DNA of 64,000 nucleotides, taken from positions 4,544,001 to 4,608,000 of the forward strand of contig OY970067.1 in NCBI GenBank assembly GCA_963705305.1, given 5' to 3'. Below, in pieces: positions 56,686 to 64,000 of the stretch. Each line of letters opens with the position of its first letter. Position 1 is the first letter of the stretch. The stretch comes from an uncultured Methylomirabilota bacterium (lineage in GTDB: Bacteria > Methylomirabilota > Methylomirabilia > Methylomirabilales > 2-02-FULL-66-22). A program made the position numbers and the translations under genes. The notes under the pieces are model-generated. The model did no database searches and was not told the DNA's origin. It worked only from the letters and a program-made list of their open reading frames with translations.

Positions 56686-57735
56686 ATGCATATTCCCGAC
56701 GGGTATTTGAGCCCCTCAACGTGCGTGAGCTTTGGTGTGGTCATGATCCCGACGTGGGTGGCCGCAGCCAGGAAGGTGCGACACTGGCTCAAATCCCGGT
56801 ACGTCCCCTTGATGTCCATCGGGGCGGCTTTTTCTTTCACCATCATGATGTACAATGTGCCCATCCCGGGCGGCACCACGGCCCACGCGGTGGGCGGAGG
56901 ATTGGTCGCCGTGGTGCTGGGACCGTGGGCGGCCCTGATTTGCGTGACTGTCGCCCTCGCCATCCAGGCGCTGCTCTTCGGCGATGGCGGCATCTGGACG
57001 TTTGCCGCCAACTGTTTCAACATGGCGCTCGTGCTCCCCTTCGTGGCGTATGGCGTCTACCGCCTGATGAGCGGAGACAGCCCGCTTGAGGCGAAGCGGC
57101 GCTGGATCGGCGCCGCCCTCGGAGGCTACCTGGGCCTCAACGCGGCGGCCCTGTGCGCGGGCGTCGAGCTGGGACTGCAGCCCCTGCTCTTCCATACCGC
57201 CGCCCGGGTGCCCCTCTACTGCCCCTATCCGCTCGCGGTGGCGGTGCCAGCCATGCTGTTTGCGCACCTCCTTCTGGCCGGCCCCATCGAAGGGGTCGTC
57301 ACCGCGCTCGCGGTCCGCTACCTGCAAGCCTCCGACGCAGCCCTGTTGAACATCCGGGCACTGGCGACCGCTCCTTCGCCCGCACCGCCCGCGATCTCCC
57401 GCAGGTTCTGGTGGGCGCTGGGCGTCCTGATCGTCCTGTCGCCGCTCGGCCTGCTGGCCAGCGGCACGGCGTGGGGCGAATGGGGGGCCGACGAACTGCA
57501 GAAGATGCTCGGATTCGTTCCCGCCGGGATGCAGCGGCTGGCGGACACCTGGTCCCATGCGCCGTTCGCCGATTATTCGCTCCCCGGCTTCGAAAGCTTC
57601 TGGGCCGCAGCCCTCATCTACGTCCTCTGCGCCGTCCTCGGCGTCGGGACGATCTGCCTGCTCACGTTTGCCTTCTGGCGGCTCCAAATGGCGGAGCGCC
57701 GGCGGCAGAATGAGACACCGCAGGTTCTCCGTTGA
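56686..57735 (+). CDS. cbiM: ECF Ni/Co transporter substrate component CbiM/NikM fused to a PDGLE-like (NikN) domain
   Basis: N-terminal MHIPDGYL, GGTTAHAVG, FGDGG, AWGEWG, APFADY. Confidence 0.93.
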   Translation: MHIPDGYLSPSTCVSFGVVMIPTWVAAARKVRHWLKSRYVPLMSIGAAFSFTIMMYNVPIPGGTTAHAVGGGLVAVVLGPWAALICVTVALAIQALLFGDGGIWTFAANCFNMALVLPFVAYGVYRLMSGDSPLEAKRRWIGAALGGYLGLNAAALCAGVELGLQPLLFHTAARVPLYCPYPLAVAVPAMLFAHLLLAGPIEGVVTALAVRYLQASDAALLNIRALATAPSPAPPAISRRFWWALGVLIVLSPLGLLASGTAWGEWGADELQKMLGFVPAGMQRLADTWSHAPFADYSLPGFESFWAAALIYVLCAVLGVGTICLLTFAFWRLQMAERRRQNETPQVLR

Positions 57736-58685
57736 CGGCCCGGAGGTGGTCCGCCCCGGCCTGGCTCCAGGAGAGCACACGGCCGCCGGTGCCCCCCGCG
57801 TCACCCAGGCGTTCTTCGAGGCGGAGCTTCATCGAAAAGACCTTGCAGGCGATCGCCGAAACCCTCGAGCGCGAGTTCTTCTCCGAGTCGGTCGCAAGCC
57901 GGTCGGGCCTGATGCAGGAGCTGGATCCGCGCGCCAAGCTGGCCTCGATCCTCTTCTTGATCGGGACGGCGGGGCTGCTCCAGCACGCCTTCTCGCTGGT
58001 CCTGTTCAATGTCTGGCTGGTGTGGCTGGCGAGGAGCTCGCGGATCCCCGTCGGAGCCTTCATAAGAAGAGTCTGGATTGTGGTGCCGCTCTTCACGGGG
58101 ATCCTGGTGTTCCCCGTCCTCTTCAATGTGGTGCGGCCCGGCACGCCGCTCCTGGTGCTGTTTCATCTGAGCCATCCGGTGAGGTTGGCCGCCTGGATCC
58201 TCCCCCGCGAGGTGGCCATAACTAGGGAAGGGGCTGCGGCCGCGGTGCTGCTGATCCTGAGGGTCGGCGCGTCCGTTTCGCTGGCCGTGATGCTCACGCT
58301 CACCACCCGGTGGAGCACGCTGCTCAAAGCCTTGAGCGTCCTGCGGATCCCCCAGGTCTTTCTGGCCGTGCTGGAGATGACGTACCGATATATCTTTCTC
58401 TTGTTGCATACGAGCAGTGAGATGTTCATGGCCCGGCGGAGCCGTCTCGTCGGCCGAGCGAGCTCCCGTGAAGGGCGCCGGTTTGTCGCTTCCGCCATGG
58501 GAAGTCTTTGGAGCAAGACGGCAGCGCTGAGTGAAGAGGTGCACAGTGCCATGCTGGCACGCGGCTATGCGGGGTCGCCCCGGTCGCTGTGCCGGTTCGA
58601 GATGAAACGCAGCGATTGGGTCTGGATGGCTCTGGTGCTCATCATCGCGCTGGCGTTCGTGGGAGGCGACCGTGTCCTCGGCTGA
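57732..58685 (+). CDS. cbiQ: ECF transporter T component CbiQ/NikQ
   Basis: LDPRAKL, TYRYIFLL, AMLARGY. Confidence 0.93.
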   Translation: MTARRWSAPAWLQESTRPPVPPASPRRSSRRSFIEKTLQAIAETLEREFFSESVASRSGLMQELDPRAKLASILFLIGTAGLLQHAFSLVLFNVWLVWLARSSRIPVGAFIRRVWIVVPLFTGILVFPVLFNVVRPGTPLLVLFHLSHPVRLAAWILPREVAITREGAAAAVLLILRVGASVSLAVMLTLTTRWSTLLKALSVLRIPQVFLAVLEMTYRYIFLLLHTSSEMFMARRSRLVGRASSREGRRFVASAMGSLWSKTAALSEEVHSAMLARGYAGSPRSLCRFEMKRSDWVWMALVLIIALAFVGGDRVLG

Positions 58686-59490
58686 AAGCGCCGTGCCATC
58701 GGTCTTTCGACTGGAACAGGTGAGCTACCGGTACGTGGATGGAGAAATCGGCGTTCAGGACGTCAATTTGGCCATCCTCGAGCAGGAGCGAATTGTCCTC
58801 CTGGGCGCCAACGGGTCGGGCAAATCCACATTGCTGAAGGTTCTGGACGGCTTGCTGTTTCCTCAAAAAGGGACGATCCACGCCTTCGACCGGGAACTGC
58901 ATGAGAAGAGTCTGAACGACGACGGGTTCAATCAGGCATTCCGCAGGCGGGTGGGGTTCGTTTTTCAGAACGCTGATGCGCAGCTTTTTTCGTCTTCCGT
59001 ATGGGAGGAGATCGCGTTCGGCCCCTTGCACATGGGACTTGACGGAGCAGAGGTCCGCCAGCGCGTTGTGGAGGTTCTGGAGCTTTTCGGCCTGGCGGGC
59101 GTGAAGGACCGGCCGCCGTTCGCGCTCAGCGGCGGCGAGAAAAAGAAGGTCGCGCTGGCGTCGGTTGTAGCCACGAATCCGGCCGTGCTGCTGCTCGATG
59201 AACCTACGACAACACTCGACCCGCGCACACATCGGTGGCTGATCGACATGCTGGCCCAGTTCGGCCGCTGCGGGAAAACGCTCATCACGGCAACCCATGA
59301 TCTTGATACGGTTGAAGAGATTGCGGATCGCGTCCTGGTCTTCGGCGAGGATCATCGTGTGGTGGCCGATGGGACACCCTCGGAGATTCTTGCCGACCGA
59401 AATCTGCTCTTACGTGTGAATTTGATCGATCCGAGGTTTCACAAGCACGTTCATGGCGGCGAACACCGGCATTATCACATTCATGATTAA
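58672..59490 (+). CDS. cbiO: ECF transporter ATPase CbiO/NikO with His-rich tail
   Basis: GANGSGKST, FQNADAQLF, LSGGEKKK, DEPT, tail HKHVHGGEHRHYHIHD. Confidence 0.94.
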   Translation: MSSAESAVPSVFRLEQVSYRYVDGEIGVQDVNLAILEQERIVLLGANGSGKSTLLKVLDGLLFPQKGTIHAFDRELHEKSLNDDGFNQAFRRRVGFVFQNADAQLFSSSVWEEIAFGPLHMGLDGAEVRQRVVEVLELFGLAGVKDRPPFALSGGEKKKVALASVVATNPAVLLLDEPTTTLDPRTHRWLIDMLAQFGRCGKTLITATHDLDTVEEIADRVLVFGEDHRVVADGTPSEILADRNLLLRVNLIDPRFHKHVHGGEHRHYHIHD

Positions 59491-59634
59491 TCATACGGGG
59501 CGTGGCGATTGCCACCGCCTTCTTGTTTGCCACGAAAAGAAACCGCTCACGGAGGCCGGAAACGCGCAGGGACCGCCGCCGGACGAGCCCACGGCAGGGC
59601 TGGCCCGCGCAGCAGCCGAACCCTTGTCGACCCC

Positions 59635-59919
59635 TTACCAGTTCTGATGGTCTGCGGGTGTCTCGCTCAGCACGCTGCCAAAGCCGGGGACTTCCTGCCG
59701 CAAGAACCGCTGCACTCCCTCACGGAGAGTGATGCTGGCCCCGGGTCAGCCCACGCAGGCGCCGACCAGCCGGACGCGGGCGTCCCGCCCCACGACGGCG
59801 AGGAGCTCGATATCGCCCCCATGGGCCTGAAGCGCCGGCCGGATGCTCTCTACCGCCGCCGCAATCCGCGCCTCGAAGTCAGGAGTTGCGGCTTCCGCGC
59901 CGCCTCGAGACATCTCCAT
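59635..59919 (-). CDS. NifU/NfuA C-terminal-domain protein, candidate selenoprotein (CxxU)
   Basis: RBS GAAGGAGAG. Reads IRPALQAHGGDIELL...VRLVGACVG-TGA-PGASITLREGVQRFL; family similarity continues past the TGA at 59746-59748; SECIS-like hairpin downstream. Confidence 0.85.
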
Positions 59920-61369
59920 GGGCACCCTCTCCTTCCCGTCTCGGAAGATTGCGTTGCTCCGTCCGCACCGATCTCCGCGGGCCCGACCGGCTGGCGCGGG
60001 CGGCTGGGACGCGGGCCGGCGGGGGACGCCGCGCGGACCCGGACGACTGCTGATTCTGTGCAGGGGCAGGGTCGGGGGACAACCCCAGCACCTCCCAGAG
60101 CTTCGAGGGATCGGCCGACGGTCGGCCGAGTCGCCTCAGTCGGGCAAGGTCTCGCTCCAGCCCCTGGAGCGCTCCCGTGACCTGCTCGCGACCCCCACGA
60201 AACGCCACGACCTGCCGCGGCGCCCGGCCCCCCAGGGCCGCATGGGGAATGCTCGGCCATCGTGCCACAATGTCTGCGAGGAACCGGGCGCCTCCCGAAT
60301 CCATCCGATCCGCCACGGAATCCGCAGAGGTAAGTCCGACGCCGTCGCCTTCCTCTGCCGGATCGATGCGCCGGATCAGGCCGCGCAGGGACGTTTCGAA
60401 GTGCTGCCCGGCTGCCGCCACGTCTTCTCTCGTGTCGGCGTGGAGAGCCAGCATCCCGGGCGTGAGGATGATCGTCGCGCGTGACAGGCCCAGGGTTGGA
60501 TCGACCCACGCGTATCGCGTTTCCTCCTTTTTTGATTCCTGCCGCTCCAGACCGTCTTCCCGACTGAGGCAGGCATGCACGCGTCCCATCTCCTCCGCAG
60601 CATAGGAGAGCATGGCTGGCGCAAACGCCACCCGGCGAACCGTCTCGCCGGCCTGACCGCCGAGATCCCGTCCGCGCAGCAGAAAGAAGTGATGGTAGAG
60701 ATGGGCGGAGGCGTCCAGAAAGTCCTCCAGCGAAACGTGGCGAGCGGGTCGAGCCAGCCGATACGTGGTCCGCAGGTATGCCAACAGCTCCTCGCGGCCG
60801 GCCGCGGGCAGCGTCAGGAGACTCATCCCTGGTCTCATCAGGCGCCCGAGCGGGAGGAGGCGGCATATCAGGAGGTCGGAGCGAATGGGAGGGTGCGCCA
60901 GGCCGCAGGGACCCACCTGGAACTCTCCGCCCGACAGCACGTCTCTCACCACACATCCGCGCGGACCCAGGGTCTCACCCACCTCGAATGTCCTGATGGG
61001 GGTGAGCAGCGAGGCCAGCAGAAGGGTCTCCTCTCGGGCGTCCAGCGCGGCGATGCCGTCGGCAAACCGCCCGAGAAACGTTCCCTTTCGCTGGGGGCGA
61101 GCATACTCATGAAGCGTCCATTCAAGAAAGCCGAGGTGCGGATCGGGCCCAACGTATCCCTTCCCGACACGAAGAGGACCGCTGGTATTCCAGAAGATCT
61201 CGCCGGCCTGCGATTCGAGACTCCGCATGGCGGCGGCCTGCGCAAAGGCGACCAGCCGGCTCCCCAGGCGGTGAAAGCTCTCTTCCCACGGGAGACAGCA
61301 CTCGGCCAACGGCCGCCCACTCCCACATCCGCAGGCGGCCTGGCGTTGAATCCGAGGGAACACTGCCAT
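59879..61369 (-). CDS. Hypothetical protein with N-terminal SEC-C-like Zn motif
   Basis: ACGCGSGRPLAECC resembles SEC-C (CPCGSGKKYKxCC); 496-aa ORF. Confidence 0.7.
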   Translation of the reverse strand: MAVFPRIQRQAACGCGSGRPLAECCLPWEESFHRLGSRLVAFAQAAAMRSLESQAGEIFWNTSGPLRVGKGYVGPDPHLGFLEWTLHEYARPQRKGTFLGRFADGIAALDAREETLLLASLLTPIRTFEVGETLGPRGCVVRDVLSGGEFQVGPCGLAHPPIRSDLLICRLLPLGRLMRPGMSLLTLPAAGREELLAYLRTTYRLARPARHVSLEDFLDASAHLYHHFFLLRGRDLGGQAGETVRRVAFAPAMLSYAAEEMGRVHACLSREDGLERQESKKEETRYAWVDPTLGLSRATIILTPGMLALHADTREDVAAAGQHFETSLRGLIRRIDPAEEGDGVGLTSADSVADRMDSGGARFLADIVARWPSIPHAALGGRAPRQVVAFRGGREQVTGALQGLERDLARLRRLGRPSADPSKLWEVLGLSPDPAPAQNQQSSGSARRPPPARVPAARASRSGPRRSVRTEQRNLPRREGEGAHGDVSRRRGSRNS

Positions 61370-61616
61370 GAAATCCTCTCGTCCTGCCGGACCGTTGAGG
61401 AACCCGCCTCAACGGCCAGACCGCACGCTTCCCCTGCCGGTGTGCTCAGGCACAACCGGCCGTCACCGCCTCCACCATATCGGCGGCGTCCCGTCACGTC
61501 AACCGACGTCCCGGCCGCCCCTGCCCATTGACTCGATCACCGACCCTGCCGGCAGCCCGAAGCGGACGAGCCTGCGGGCGCGGACCGCTCGTCCGATCTT
61601 CCCAGAGCCCGCGGCC

Positions 61617-62147
61617 TCAATCCCCGGGCGGGGGGCCATGAGTCAAGTCCTGCGGCTCGAGACGGGCCAACGCTATGATGATCTCGGCAACGGCCAGCCC
61701 GAGCAGGGACCCCAGCACGCCGCTGATCGCCACGAAGGCGGGCGTACCCGCCGCCATTTCTTTTCCCAACACCGACATGGCCATGAAGAAGGCTGGAACG
61801 AAGCGGTCACCCGTAGGGGTCGCCTGCAGGTCAAGCGCCCAGCGGACCGCCAGCAGGCCGATTCCCAGCGCTGGGGTGCAGAGGCCGGTGACCGCCCCAT
61901 AGCGAAGCCCTAGGAGCCGGAGCTTCCGCCCTGTCATGGCGGCTCCCTCGAAGCGCCCCCGGAACCAGGCCAGCCCGAAGACTAGACACAACCCCGCGCT
62001 GACGAGCATGGCCAAGAACATGGCTGTCTGGTCCGCCCCACGATAGCGGCGCAGGAAGGCCCCCAGACACAGGAGAACCAGCGCAGCCAGGATGCCAATA
62101 GCCGCTCGCAGCTTCGGAATTCGGATCCTGGTTTCCGCCGTCTGCAT
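61617..62147 (-). CDS. Hypothetical membrane protein (about 4 TM segments)
   Basis: Hydrophobic segments; upstream TTGACA-N18-TAGGGT at 62181-62210. Confidence 0.65.
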   Translation of the reverse strand: MQTAETRIRIPKLRAAIGILAALVLLCLGAFLRRYRGADQTAMFLAMLVSAGLCLVFGLAWFRGRFEGAAMTGRKLRLLGLRYGAVTGLCTPALGIGLLAVRWALDLQATPTGDRFVPAFFMAMSVLGKEMAAGTPAFVAISGVLGSLLGLAVAEIIIALARLEPQDLTHGPPPGD

Positions 62148-62254
62148 GAGGTCTCCCGCACGCACGCGCGGTGCAGCCCTACCCTAGTGGGGGGTGCTGC
62201 GCGTTGTCAATCCCTTTCGACGCCTGCCCAGCCGGGGAGGCCGCCGCCAACCCC

Positions 62255-63124
62255 CTACCCCTTGATCCCGGTTGAGGCAACGCTTTGAACGTAGTAACGC
62301 TGCAGGAGGAAGAAGAGAACCACCATGGGAATCGTGGCCAGCATGGAGCCCGCCAGCAGCCGGCCCCAGTAGGTGATGAACTCGGTCATGTACTTCGTGA
62401 GGGCCACCTGGATCACGGTGAGGTTCAGCGAGGAGGTCGCCACCAGGGGCCAGAAGAACGCATCCCACTGGCGGAGGAAGAGGAGCAGGCTGGCAGTGAT
62501 GAGGGCGGGCTTGACGTTGGGCATGGCCACGCGCCAGTACAGATCCCACCAGGACGCCCCGTCCACCCTGGCAGCCTCGAACACGTCCTTGGGAAGCTTG
62601 GCCATGAACTGCCGAATGAGAAAGATGGAAAAGGCGTCCGGGACGGCCGGAATAATCAGCGCGCGGTAGGTGTCCACCCAACCCATGGACCGGATGACCA
62701 GATACAGCGGCAGCACGATGACCTCGAAGGGGACCATGAACGTCACCAAGACCAGCCCGAAAAGCAGTCGCCGACCGGGGAAGGTGAACCGGGCAAATCC
62801 GAAGGCCGCCAGAGAGTTGACGAACAGTCCCAGGACAACCGTGGAGCCCGCAACGAGCACACTGTTGGCGAAGAAGCGGGCAAACCGGTCCTGGAACAGG
62901 ATGGCGCGGTAATTTTCCAATGTGGGACCGATGGGGAGGAAGGTCTTCCAGGAGATCTGCAGCGTATAGCGAAAGATCTCGTCGTCCGACCGCAGGGAGG
63001 ATGTGAAAGCCCAGAGTAGGGGGAAAACCGACACGATGGCGATTCCCGCCAGGAGCAGGTACATTCCTGCCCGGCGGGCACCGCGCAGGGGGTTGAGCTC
63101 GGATGGCTTCCGAAGGGCCCTCAC
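62255..63124 (-). CDS. Carbohydrate ABC transporter permease (MalG/UgpE type)
   Basis: TLENY, AAFGFARF, EAARVDGA, WDAFFWP. Confidence 0.95.
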   Translation of the reverse strand: MRALRKPSELNPLRGARRAGMYLLLAGIAIVSVFPLLWAFTSSLRSDDEIFRYTLQISWKTFLPIGPTLENYRAILFQDRFARFFANSVLVAGSTVVLGLFVNSLAAFGFARFTFPGRRLLFGLVLVTFMVPFEVIVLPLYLVIRSMGWVDTYRALIIPAVPDAFSIFLIRQFMAKLPKDVFEAARVDGASWWDLYWRVAMPNVKPALITASLLLFLRQWDAFFWPLVATSSLNLTVIQVALTKYMTEFITYWGRLLAGSMLATIPMVVLFFLLQRYYVQSVASTGIKG

Positions 63125-63127
63125 GAC

Positions 63128-64000
63128 TCAATACTCGAATTCGACGCGCAGAAAGCGCATCTGGATTGTCACCGCCAGGACGGTGACCAGGAGTAACAGC
63201 GTGGAAATGGCCGCCGCATACCCGAACCGCGTGTAGACGAAGGCGTTTCGATAGACCTCGAACATCAGCAGCGTGGTCGAATCCGACGGCCCTCCCTGGG
63301 TCATGACGTACACGGGAACGAACAGCAGGAAATTGATCACCGTGTCCGCCACCACCACGAAGAGCAAGGTCGGAGACACGAGCGGCAGCGTGATGAAAAA
63401 AAAGCGGCGGACAGGCGTTGCCCCATCCACGATGGCCGCCTCTTGGATCCCCTCTGGAATATCCTTCAAGCCGGCCAGGAGAATCACCATCCAGTAGCCG
63501 ACCCCCTTCCAGATTACCATACCCATCACGGCGGGCATGGCCTGCGTGCGGCTGGTCAGAAATGGCTGATGGGGCAGCCCGAGGAGTCCCAGGAGCCCGT
63601 TGAGGAGGCCGTTGTCGGGGAGGTACATCAGGTTCCAAATAATGGAGGCCACCACCAAAGAGACGACGACGGGGATAAAATAGGTCGACCGAAGCAGCGC
63701 GATCCCCCGACCCTTCCGGTTGACCAAAACCGCCAACCCTAATGCCAGCACCACCTGTGCACTGGTCACCACCAAGTTGAAGACGATGGTATTGAAGGTC
63801 GCCTGCAGGATAACCGAATCCTGCGCGAGTTCCAGGTAGTTGGCCAAACCGATGAAGGTGGATTGGCGGGCAATCAGCCGAACCTCGTAAAAGGACACAC
63901 GGAGCCCCTCCACGATGGGGTAGAGCTTGAACAGCCCTAGCCCCACCATGGCCGGGGCGATGAAGAGATACGGAACGAGCGATCGAAGCGTCCGCCGTCT
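63128..64000 (-). CDS. Carbohydrate ABC transporter permease (MalF/UgpA type), start beyond the window
   Basis: PYLFIAPA, GLANY, EAAIVDGA, TQGGP, GYAAA. Confidence 0.95.
   Translation of the reverse strand, partial: RRRTLRSLVPYLFIAPAMVGLGLFKLYPIVEGLRVSFYEVRLIARQSTFIGLANYLELAQDSVILQATFNTIVFNLVVTSAQVVLALGLAVLVNRKGRGIALLRSTYFIPVVVSLVVASIIWNLMYLPDNGLLNGLLGLLGLPHQPFLTSRTQAMPAVMGMVIWKGVGYWMVILLAGLKDIPEGIQEAAIVDGATPVRRFFFITLPLVSPTLLFVVVADTVINFLLFVPVYVMTQGGPSDSTTLLMFEVYRNAFVYTRFGYAAAISTLLLLVTVLAVTIQMRFLRVEFEY

Overview
GC-rich (roughly 65-70%) bacterial chromosomal window, mostly core genome. The gene set suggests a diderm anaerobe; NC10/Methylomirabilota or a Deltaproteobacteria-like lineage is a weak inference. 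In order it contains: (1) the end of a group 3 [NiFe]-hydrogenase large-subunit gene, two maturation proteases and hypFCDE; (2) a long, mainly minus-strand housekeeping run (coaX, birA, valS, ilvE, purF, alaC-like aminotransferase, lipA, lpdA, argS, thiI, alkA, DUF512, hflX, tyrA, hisC, pheA, rluB, scpAB, comEA, lysC, plsY, pgsA, lipoate ligase, ptsH, EIIA, rapZ, hprK, hpf, rpoN, lptBAC); (3) a NikR-controlled Ni/Co ECF transporter with an outer-membrane barrel; (4) sugar ABC permeases. Main highlights: an unannotated NifU/NfuA-domain gene whose CxxC is CxxU, with an in-frame TGA and SECIS-like hairpin (candidate selenoprotein, 59635-59919); a lower-GC module with a catalytically dead wHTH-MNT/HEPN pair followed by two 16-17 aa Lys-rich micropeptides with near-perfect Shine-Dalgarno sites, next to a catalytically dead aldehyde dehydrogenase; Myxococcus-type polarity components (cheW-cheW-romR-valS synteny, RomX, SgmX-like TPR protein plus ExeA ATPase); a ~180-nt rod-shaped candidate ncRNA upstream of lpdA; two copies of a MITE-like element at TAG stop codons; and three similar +1 frameshifts that are probably sequencing artefacts. 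All assignments come from reading motifs by eye; no searches were run.
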